This document shows, piece by piece, positions 18,903-26,650 of a stretch of 29,000 nt of DNA. Where the stretch lies: NCBI GenBank assembly GCA_041483195.1, contig JBGPFC010000043.1, positions 1 to 29,000 of the forward strand. The letters run 5' to 3'. Source of the DNA: Candidatus Eiseniibacteriota bacterium (lineage in GTDB: Bacteria; Eisenbacteria; RBG-16-71-46). The position numbers were made by a program, and so were the translations under genes. The stretch's first letter is position 1. Each line of letters begins with the position of its first letter. The notes under the pieces are model-generated. The model saw nothing but the letters and a program-made list of their open reading frames with translations, made no database searches and was not told the DNA's origin.

Positions 18903-20671
18903 GCGCTGGTCTTTCTGCTCAGCGCGTCGAGACACGCCACGCGCACCTGTTCGTTCCTCGCGCGCAGCCCCGCCTCGAGCACGGCGATCGCACGCTCGCT
19001 CCCGATGCGGCGCAGGGTGCGGGCGGCTCCGATGTGCACCCGCGAGGGTCGCGACAGCCAGCCGCCACGACGGAGCAGCTTCTCCAGGTCCGGGACCAGG
19101 CTGTCGTCGGCCATCTCGGCGAGCGCGGCGAACAGCGCGCGCTGATTCTCCTCGCTGAGATCGTCGAAGCGGGGCGCCGCGATGCGGTCGAGAATGGCCC
19201 GCACCACGCGGGGATTCGGGTCGCGGGTCAGCATGTTGAGCGTGGCGGCGAGCAACTGCGGATCCTCGGTGGTGAGCATGCTCATCAGGACCGGGGTGCG
19301 CTCGGCGCGCGACACGCTTCCCAGCGCCATGACCACCTGACGGCGCACGCGGGACTCCGGGTGCTGCGCGGCCGAGCGCAGCATGTCGAGCACGGCCGAG
19401 CCGCCGATCTGCCCCAGCACGAACACGACGTTGCGCACCACATACCAGTGTGGGCTTGCGAGCTGGGGGACGAGCAATCTCGGGTTCTCGCTGCACAGAT
19501 ACATGAGGGCGGTGCTGGCCGCGGCGCGGGCGCGCGCGCGGGTACAGGTGCTGAGCACGGCGCACGCGAGGTCCACCGCCGGCGGGCCGAGCGCCACCAT
19601 GAGCGATGCGAAGCGGGCCTGCACCTCGGGCTCGACCTCATCGAGCTGCTCCGCGATCTCTTCGCTGTTGAGCCGCTTGAGCACGGCCGCGAGGTCGGTG
19701 CCGCTGCGCGAGCGGTCGGGATCGAACTCGCACAGCAACTCGAGCGCCTGCGAGGCCTCCTCCCACGCCGAGCGCTGGATGGCGGACGCCACCCAGCTCA
19801 TCGCGGCGTGCGACACGCTCTGACGGGTGTCGTCGGCCGCATCGAAGGCCAGCAGCTGGCGAAGCACGAGGGGTGCCTGCTCGGTCCATTCGATCGCGCG
19901 CTCGTCCTCCCAGGCCGCGAGCGTTCCCGCGCGCAGCGCCTCCATCACCGGCAGCAGGGCGCGATAGGCCTGTGGGGTCTGGGCGTGCACTTCGGGGAGC
20001 GGCCAGTCGTCGAAGGTGTCCCGATGGAGTCCCTGCGCCCCCACGACCTGGCCGAGGTCGGCGTGGATCTCCGAGCCGGAAGGCGACCACGCGTAGGTCT
20101 GGCCCCGAAATCCGGGATCGGCCTTGGCGCGGCCCCGCCGCGAGGAGAGGAAGATCGTCTGCTCGAGCGGCACCGCCTCGATCTGCACGTGCGTGAGATT
20201 CGCCTGCCAGAGCAGCGTCACCAGGTCGTCCTGAGTCATGGCGCTCGATCCCGCCAGACGCAGCGCCTCGAACAATGCGTCGATCTCGCGGCGCGAGATC
20301 CCGGGTTGCAGCGTCATGCCCCGGACCCCGTCGCGGTAGAAGAGGAACGGCATCTGCTCCTCGGGCGCGACGATCGGGGCCTCGCCCCCCGGCTTGCGGG
20401 CGCCGGGGCGCACCAGGACTTCGTCGTCGAACCGGATCTCGCTCGAGGTGAAGCGCAGCTTCCATGCGCCGCAGCGCTCGAGCTGCTCGGTCAGCGTGTC
20501 CGCGATCTGGTCGCGAATTCCCCGGACGGTGGGATTCTCGGTGCGATAGAGCCGCGCGGTCTTCAAGCCTCGCGCGAGATGGCGGAACCACAATGCCGCG
20601 GCCTGCGCCTCGGGCGAAAGCTCACGCCCGGCGGATACGAGAGGAAGCGGGGCATCGGGAGTGATTCCCAT
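18899..20671 (-). CDS. HEAT-repeat domain protein (start ATG 20671 or GTG 20686)
   Basis: WYVVRNVVFVLGQIG, HPESRVRRQVVMALG and NEQVRVACLDAL HEAT-PBS-like repeats; coupled to the HD-GYP gene. Confidence 0.85.
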   Translation of the reverse strand: MGITPDAPLPLVSAGRELSPEAQAAALWFRHLARGLKTARLYRTENPTVRGIRDQIADTLTEQLERCGAWKLRFTSSEIRFDDEVLVRPGARKPGGEAPIVAPEEQMPFLFYRDGVRGMTLQPGISRREIDALFEALRLAGSSAMTQDDLVTLLWQANLTHVQIEAVPLEQTIFLSSRRGRAKADPGFRGQTYAWSPSGSEIHADLGQVVGAQGLHRDTFDDWPLPEVHAQTPQAYRALLPVMEALRAGTLAAWEDERAIEWTEQAPLVLRQLLAFDAADDTRQSVSHAAMSWVASAIQRSAWEEASQALELLCEFDPDRSRSGTDLAAVLKRLNSEEIAEQLDEVEPEVQARFASLMVALGPPAVDLACAVLSTCTRARARAAASTALMYLCSENPRLLVPQLASPHWYVVRNVVFVLGQIGGSAVLDMLRSAAQHPESRVRRQVVMALGSVSRAERTPVLMSMLTTEDPQLLAATLNMLTRDPNPRVVRAILDRIAAPRFDDLSEENQRALFAALAEMADDSLVPDLEKLLRRGGWLSRPSRVHIGAARTLRRIGSERAIAVLEAGLRARNEQVRVACLDALSRKTSA

Positions 20672-20803
20672 TGGCGTCGCGTCCACTTTCCGTCGTCGGC
20701 CCGGCCTGCCGGTCCGGGCGCGCACGATGCATGGAGCCCCCGGCCGTGCATGGGCAGGGGCTCTCACGCCTCCCGTGCCATGCGTGCGGGAGGCCTCCCC
20801 GGG

Positions 20804-20832
20804 GTTATCGGCCGGTCGGGGGGCTCACTTCA
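20804..20832 (-). promoter_or_regulatory. sigma28 (FliA/WhiG)-like promoter for the HEAT/HD-GYP operon
   Basis: Minus strand TGAA-N16-GCCGATAAC; same -10 element and spacing as at 14107. Confidence 0.5.
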
Positions 20833-20844
20833 ATCGAAGCCGCC

Positions 20845-20874
20845 TTGACGGGGGCGCCGCGATTCCCGTAGTCT
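20845..20874 (+). promoter_or_regulatory. sigma70 promoter of the rpmH operon
   Basis: TTGACG-N18-TAGTCT, ~50 nt upstream of rpmH. Confidence 0.7.
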
Positions 20875-20925
20875 GCCCCGTCTTTTGGCAGCGTATCCCT
20901 TTGCCGTTTCGAGGCCTCGATACCC

Positions 20926-21069
20926 ATGAAGCGCACTTATCAACCCCGCAATCGCCACCGCAAGAAGACCCACGGCTTCCGGGCGCGCATGAAGACCAAA
21001 GGGGGCCGCAAGGTGCTGGCGGCCCGCCGCGCGCAGGGCCGCAAGCGTCTCACCGTCTCGTCGGCCTAG
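20926..21069 (+). CDS. rpmH: 50S ribosomal protein L34 (not in the ORF track)
   Basis: Translated by hand: [47 protein letters not shown]. Confidence 0.98.
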   Translation: MKRTYQPRNRHRKKTHGFRARMKTKGGRKVLAARRAQGRKRLTVSSA

Positions 21070-21183
21070 CCGCGAGCCGCGGCTCCCAATTTGCGGTTGA
21101 ATCCAGTCGCCATCACTCCCGTCGCGGGCCGGCGGTTCACTGGTCTTGCCCTCGGGCCCGGGGCGGTCCCCGTATGGAGCAGC

Positions 21184-21570
21184 ATGAGCGTCGAGCATCC
21201 CGAGCGCCTGCCGCATTCGCATCGGCTCACCCGTGAGCGGGAATTCGCGGCCGTGAAGGCCTCCGGCACGGCGTTCCGCGGGCGCTGCTCGTTGCTGCTG
21301 GTCCTGCCCCGCCCCGGCGAATCCACCCTCATCGGATTCATCGCGAGCAAGAAGAGCGTGGGGGGCGCGGTGCAGCGCAACCGCGCGCGGCGCAGGCTGC
21401 GTGAGATCGTGCGCAGACGCTGGCCGCGGATCGTGCGTCATGGCTACTGGATGGTGTTCATCGCGCTGAGTGGTGTGCTCACCGCCGCGCACCAGGCGCT
21501 CGCGACCGATGTCGAGCACCAGCTCGCGAGTGCCGGAGCGCTGCGTCCGATCGACGCGCTCCGACCCTGA
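21184..21570 (+). CDS. rnpA: Ribonuclease P protein component
   Basis: RLTREREF and [24 protein letters not shown] (RNR motif); synteny. Confidence 0.95.
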   Translation: MSVEHPERLPHSHRLTREREFAAVKASGTAFRGRCSLLLVLPRPGESTLIGFIASKKSVGGAVQRNRARRRLREIVRRRWPRIVRHGYWMVFIALSGVLTAAHQALATDVEHQLASAGALRPIDALRP

Positions 21571-21574
21571 CCCG

Positions 21575-21784
21575 ATGCGAACGCTCGCGATCCTCCTGAT
21601 CCGCCTCTACCAGCGCTGGATCTCGCCGCTTCTCGGGCGGGGCCACTGCCGCTTCACCCCGTCCTGCTCCGAATACGCGTGCCAGGCCATCGAGCGCCAC
21701 GGCCTGCGCGGCGTCGCGCTCGCGATCCGCCGCATCGCGAGCTGCCATCCGCTGGGTGCCGGCGGATTCGATCCGGTGCCCTGA
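21575..21784 (+). CDS. yidD: Membrane protein insertion efficiency factor
   Basis: [23 protein letters not shown]...[13 protein letters not shown]. Confidence 0.95.
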   Translation: MRTLAILLIRLYQRWISPLLGRGHCRFTPSCSEYACQAIERHGLRGVALAIRRIASCHPLGAGGFDPVP

Positions 21785-21785
21785 C

Positions 21786-23624
21786 ATGGACCGCAAGACC
21801 ATCGCTCTGGTCGTCGTCTGCGTGCTGTTCCTGCTGTTCTACTACCCGCTGCTCAAGCTCGCGGGTCTCGGGGGCATGCTTCAGCCCCAGAGCCGGACGC
21901 CGGTTTCGACCGTGGACACGCTCGCGCGCGACAGCGCGCACCGCGCGCAGGAGGCGCCGGGCGGACTGTCGGGCGGTGTGGTCCCGAAGGCCGCCCCGAT
22001 CGCGACATCGAGGCTGGCCGCGGCTCCGCCGATCCGGCCCGCCGCGAGCGTGCTCGAGCGCGCGTTGCGCATCGAGACGCCGCTCTACTCCGCCACGTTC
22101 TCGAATCGCGGCGCGCGCATCGTTTCGGTCGAGCTCAAGCGCTACGCCACCGCCCACAGCTATAGCGCGGGAGGCAGGACGCCGCGATCCGGACACGGCG
22201 GCATCGTGCCAGAGGGCTCGCGGGTCTCCCTGAACGGCGCGCCGATCTTCGGCGTCGACCTGGGTTCGGGGCCGGCGCTGCGCTCGCTCTCCGAGGTGGT
22301 CTATGCCGCGAGCGAGAGTCTCGACGCGGCCGGCGACACGCGCGCCATCACGTTCACCGCGAGCGACAGCGCGGGCCTGATGGTGCGCCAGACCTATCGT
22401 GTCAGGCCGCAGGGGTACGCGCTCGATCTCGAGGTCGAGATCCGCAACGTGCCGGACGCCTGGCGGCTCACCGATTACTCGCTGACGTTGCGTTCGTGGC
22501 CGCTGCTCAACGAGGCCAATCAGCAGGCCGACGAGCGCATGCTGCGCGCGTCGAGCCTGGTCGGAACCAACATCCGCCGGGACCCGGCGGCCTCGTTGCT
22601 GAAGGGCGACAAGCCGCTCGAGGGGAGCGCGCGGTGGGCGGCGGTGCAGAGCCGCTATTTCCTCGGCGCGGTCGCGGACATCGACGGCACCGCTCGCGGC
22701 GCGCGTGCGAGCGCGGACCGGCGCCAGCTCACGGATGAGCAGCTGGCGACGCTCCCGCCCGGCGCGAAAGCCGAAGAGCCGGTCGCAATCAACTCGCTGG
22801 TGATGGGTCTGCCGTCCGGCGATCGCCCGGTGAATCACTTCCTGCTCTACGTCGGACCGAGCGACTACGTCGTGCTCGCCGCATACAAGCTCCAGATCGA
22901 GCGCGCGGTGGACATGGGCTGGAGCTGGATCCTGCCGTTCAGCATCCTGCTGCTGCGCCTGCTCAACTGGCTCGAGGGGCTGCTGCGAAACTACGGCGTG
23001 GCGATCATCGCGCTCGCGACGCTGGTGCGCGTCGTGCTGCACCCGCTCAACATGTCGAGCATGAAGAGCATGCGCGCGATGCAGAAGCTGCAGCCCGAGA
23101 TCGAACGCCTGCGCGGGAAGTTCAAGAACGACGCCCAGGCCCTGAACACCGCGATGATGGCGCTGTACAAGGAGAACAAGGTGAACCCGGCGGGCGGGTG
23201 CCTGCCCATGCTGATGCAGATGCCCCTGTTCCTGGCGCTCTACCAGGTGCTGTTCAACGCCATCGAGCTGCGCCAGGCCGGCTTCGTGGCGTGGATGACC
23301 GATCTCTCGGCGCCCGATCTCCTCTTCACCGCATTCGGTTTTCCGATCCGCCTGCTGCCGCTGCTCATGGCGGGATCGGGATTGCTGCAGCAGAAGCTCG
23401 CGCCCACCGATCCGCGCCAGCAATCGAGCATGTACCTGATGAACGTCGTGATGGTCGTTTTCTTCTACAACCTGCCCTCCGGGCTGGTGCTCTACTGGAC
23501 GGTCATGAACCTGCTCACCGCGCTCCAGCAATGGCTCGTGCTGCAGCAGGATTCGGGATCGTCGCCCGCCGTCGAGGTGGTCGCGGCCGCGGGGAATGGC
23601 CGGCGCCGGGGCGCCGGTCGCTGA
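21786..23624 (+). CDS. yidC: Membrane protein insertase YidC (long form with periplasmic domain)
   Basis: MDRKT start, FSNRGA, NYGVAII, NPAGGCLP, ELRQAGF, DLSAPD and LPSGLVLYW. Confidence 0.97.
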   Translation: MDRKTIALVVVCVLFLLFYYPLLKLAGLGGMLQPQSRTPVSTVDTLARDSAHRAQEAPGGLSGGVVPKAAPIATSRLAAAPPIRPAASVLERALRIETPLYSATFSNRGARIVSVELKRYATAHSYSAGGRTPRSGHGGIVPEGSRVSLNGAPIFGVDLGSGPALRSLSEVVYAASESLDAAGDTRAITFTASDSAGLMVRQTYRVRPQGYALDLEVEIRNVPDAWRLTDYSLTLRSWPLLNEANQQADERMLRASSLVGTNIRRDPAASLLKGDKPLEGSARWAAVQSRYFLGAVADIDGTARGARASADRRQLTDEQLATLPPGAKAEEPVAINSLVMGLPSGDRPVNHFLLYVGPSDYVVLAAYKLQIERAVDMGWSWILPFSILLLRLLNWLEGLLRNYGVAIIALATLVRVVLHPLNMSSMKSMRAMQKLQPEIERLRGKFKNDAQALNTAMMALYKENKVNPAGGCLPMLMQMPLFLALYQVLFNAIELRQAGFVAWMTDLSAPDLLFTAFGFPIRLLPLLMAGSGLLQQKLAPTDPRQQSSMYLMNVVMVVFFYNLPSGLVLYWTVMNLLTALQQWLVLQQDSGSSPAVEVVAAAGNGRRRGAGR

Positions 23625-23845
23625 CAGGATCAGCCGTGGCCACGAAGGCCGGGGAGAAGTAAGCTAGGGATATCACCGTGGGCGTAAGACGCGACATGCG
23701 GGCAGGGCCGGACGCCGTCGAACCCGGCGCCGGACGAAACCGCTCGGCCCTCGCGCCGCCCTCCACACATTCACGGTTCGCCACTCGCCGGGGTCGGGGC
23801 TCACGCTCGCACGCATCCCCCCCGCGGCACGCCGAGAGGTAACAC

Positions 23846-25111
23846 ATGGGGCCATCGGGCTCGATCTTCGAAGGCAAGACGCTGGACGACGCGGTACGCA
23901 AGGGACTCGACGCGCTGGGACTCTCCCGCGCCGAAGTCATGATCACCATGCTCGAGGAGGGCTCTGGCGGATTCCTCGGGCTCGGGGCCAGGCCATACAA
24001 GGTCCGTGTGATGCCGCGTCCGGGAGGCGCACCGCACGAGCCGGAAGCGCGGGGCGACCGCGACGGCCGCAGCCGCCGCGATCGTGACCGCGGCCGGAGC
24101 GGCCGTGGACCGCGCGGCGGTCGCGACGAACGGCGCGCAGCTCCCGCCGCGGGTGGTGACCGGCCGCCGCGGCACGAAGCTCGCAGCGAGGATCGCCGCG
24201 GCACGCGTGGCCGCGCGCCGGAAGGCGAGCGCGCTCCGCGCGCCGACGCCCGCCCGACCGAAGAGGTCCGCCCACCGCGCGCGGCCGACGATTCGCGTGC
24301 TCCGCGTTCCGCCGAGCGCGCGGAATCCGGTGATGCCGCGCCCGGGGACGCGGGTGAACGCCGCCGCCGTCGCGGGCGCCGCGGCGGTCGCGGCCGGGGC
24401 CGCGAGAACGGCGAGCGCGAAGGCGCGATGGCGCGCGAGGATCGCCCGCGGGAGTCGCGGCCCGGCGCGGCGGTCGCGGATGCCGGCGAGGCCCCGCAGC
24501 CCCGCGCGGAATCGAGCATGGAAGACGCGCCCCGCGACGTGGCGCCCCGGGCTCCACGCGATCTCGCGCCGCGTACCCCTCGCGATGCCGCGCCCCGCGA
24601 GGATTCATTCGAGGGCCCGATGATCTCTTCGGCGGAGCTCGAAGCCGAGGGCAAGCGGTGGACCGAACAGTTCCTGGCCGCGATGGGATTCGAAGCCACG
24701 GTGACCGCGACCGCGGCGGACGGGCGGGTGGACGTGACCGCGGTGGTCCCCAAGGACGACGAGCTGCTCGCCGGGCGCAAGGGCGAGGTGCGGCAGGCGC
24801 TGCAGCATCTGCTCAATCGCATGATCAACCGCGGCGAGGGCTCGCGCTATCATCTGCAGCTCGAGATCAACGATTTCTGGAAACGCCGCGAGGAGGAGCT
24901 GCACTCGATCGCTCGCCAGCTCGCAGAGGACGCCGTCGCGAATGGGACGGAATCGGTGAGCGAGTACCTGAACGCGCAGGAGCGCCGCATCATTCACGTC
25001 GCGTTGCGCGAGGATACGCGGGTCAAGACCTACGCGCTCGGCACCGGCATGATCAAACGTCTCGCCGTCGCGCCGGCCGACTATCCCGAGGGCCCGAGCG
25101 ACGACGAGTAG
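23846..25111 (+). CDS. jag: Jag/EloR (KhpB) RNA-binding protein
   Basis: Jag_N (EGKTLDDAV...GFLGLG), KH (LLAGRKGE..ALQ) and R3H (ERRIIH), with a long R/G/D/E/P-rich linker. Confidence 0.93.
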   Translation: MGPSGSIFEGKTLDDAVRKGLDALGLSRAEVMITMLEEGSGGFLGLGARPYKVRVMPRPGGAPHEPEARGDRDGRSRRDRDRGRSGRGPRGGRDERRAAPAAGGDRPPRHEARSEDRRGTRGRAPEGERAPRADARPTEEVRPPRAADDSRAPRSAERAESGDAAPGDAGERRRRRGRRGGRGRGRENGEREGAMAREDRPRESRPGAAVADAGEAPQPRAESSMEDAPRDVAPRAPRDLAPRTPRDAAPREDSFEGPMISSAELEAEGKRWTEQFLAAMGFEATVTATAADGRVDVTAVVPKDDELLAGRKGEVRQALQHLLNRMINRGEGSRYHLQLEINDFWKRREEELHSIARQLAEDAVANGTESVSEYLNAQERRIIHVALREDTRVKTYALGTGMIKRLAVAPADYPEGPSDDE

Positions 25112-25129
25112 CCCGAATCGCGCACGCGT

Positions 25130-25161
25130 GAGGCGCCGGGCTCTCGCGAGTCCGGCGCCTT
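25130..25161 (+). terminator. Strong hairpin between jag and mnmE (no clear U tract)
   Basis: gaggcgccgggctc-tcgc-gagtccggcgcctt, 14-bp stem including G-U pairs. Confidence 0.4.
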
Positions 25162-25183
25162 CGCATTGGCGGGGAGCCTGACC

Positions 25184-26650
25184 ATGAATGCGCTCGAAGA
25201 CACGATTGCCGCGATCGCGACCGCGCCGGGCACCGCGGGACTCGCGGTGGTGCGCCTGAGCGGCCCGGCGGCCATCGCCATCTCCGACGAGCTGTTCCGG
25301 GGCGCGGCGCCGCTCGCCCAGGCGGCCGGGAACACCCTCCATCACGGCTGGGCGATCTGGCCGGAGCGCGCGATCGGCGTGAATGGCGCGGGCGAAGCGC
25401 GCGGCGTCGAAGCCCCCGGCCGCCGCGGGGCCGAGCCCCGCGCCGTCCGCATCGACGAGATCGTCGCCGCCGTGTTTCGCGCGCCGCGCTCCTTCACGCG
25501 CGAGGACGTCGTCGAGCTCTCGTGTCACGGCGGGCGCATCTCCGCGGCGCGCGTGCTGGCGGCGGCGCTGCGCGCCGGAGCCCGCCTGGCGCGCCCCGGC
25601 GAGTTCACGCTCCGCGCGTTCCTCAACGGGCGGATCGATCTCACCCAGGCGGAGGCGGTGGCCGACTTGATTCATGCCGAGACCGAGGCCGCGCACGCGC
25701 TGGCGCTGGCCCAGCTCGGGGGCGCGCTCTCGCGACGGCTGGACGCGCTCGCGGAGCGCCTCACCGACGCGCTCGCCGAGGTGGAAGCGCGCGTGGATTT
25801 CGCAGAGGACGTGGGCGGCGTGGAGGTGCCGGGGCACGTGGTCGCGACCGTCGCCGAGGTGGATCGCGCGCTCGGGGCGCTGCTCGCCGACGAGGCCTAT
25901 GCGCGTGCGCTGCGCGAAGGCGTGCGGGTTCCGATCGTGGGCCGCCCCAACGCGGGGAAGTCGTCGCTGTTCAACGCGTTGCTCGGCGAGGAGCGCGCCA
26001 TCGTAAGCGCGACGCCGGGCACCACCCGCGATCGGGTGAGCGAGGCCATCGAGATCGCGGGGGTGCGCGTCACGCTCTCCGACACCGCAGGGCTCCGCGA
26101 GCGCGGCGAAACGGTGGAGATGATCGGCATCGCCCGCACGCGCGAAGCGCTCGATCAGTGCGCGGTCGCGCTGTGGGTGGTGGATGGCGCGGCGCCGCTC
26201 GCCGACGAGGACCGCTGGATCGCCGCGCGGCTCGCGGGGAAGCGCGTGCTGGTGGCGCTCAACAAGCGCGATCTGCCCCCACTCGCTGACGAGACCGCGC
26301 TCGCCACGCTGCTGAACGGCGCGGCGTACGGGGTGGTGCCGGTCTCCGCCGCGCGCGGCGAAGGGCTCGACGCGCTCCGGGCCGCGCTGGCGGCGCTGCT
26401 CGGCTCGAGGTCCGCGGCGGGCGCCGGCGATCTGGGCGCCGCGGTGGCGAACCTCCGCCACGCCGAGGCGCTGTCGCGCGCGCGCGCGGCGCTCGGCCGC
26501 GCGTGCGAGATCGCGCGCGCCGGCGCGCCGGGCGAGATCGTGGCGCTCGAGCTTCGAGAGGCGCTCGATGCGATCGGCGAGGTGACCGGGCGAACCATCG
26601 GCGAAGATCTTCTCGACCGGATCTTCAGCCGGTTCTGCGTGGGCAAGTGA
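25184..26650 (+). CDS. mnmE: tRNA modification GTPase MnmE
   Basis: DTIAAIAT, PGEFTLRAFLNGRIDLTQAE, GRPNAGKSS, GTTRD, DTAG, NKRD and FCVGK. Confidence 0.98.
   Translation: MNALEDTIAAIATAPGTAGLAVVRLSGPAAIAISDELFRGAAPLAQAAGNTLHHGWAIWPERAIGVNGAGEARGVEAPGRRGAEPRAVRIDEIVAAVFRAPRSFTREDVVELSCHGGRISAARVLAAALRAGARLARPGEFTLRAFLNGRIDLTQAEAVADLIHAETEAAHALALAQLGGALSRRLDALAERLTDALAEVEARVDFAEDVGGVEVPGHVVATVAEVDRALGALLADEAYARALREGVRVPIVGRPNAGKSSLFNALLGEERAIVSATPGTTRDRVSEAIEIAGVRVTLSDTAGLRERGETVEMIGIARTREALDQCAVALWVVDGAAPLADEDRWIAARLAGKRVLVALNKRDLPPLADETALATLLNGAAYGVVPVSAARGEGLDALRAALAALLGSRSAAGAGDLGAAVANLRHAEALSRARAALGRACEIARAGAPGEIVALELREALDAIGEVTGRTIGEDLLDRIFSRFCVGK

Noticed and set aside
20765..20782. 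sigma54 promoter for the HEAT gene (TGGCACG on the minus strand)
   Set aside because: Good -24 element, but the -12 position reads GCGT rather than TTGC.
23625..23845. 220-bp yidC-jag spacer as an ncRNA or small ORF
   Set aside because: Only short GC-rich stems of the kind expected by chance; no convincing ORF or motif.
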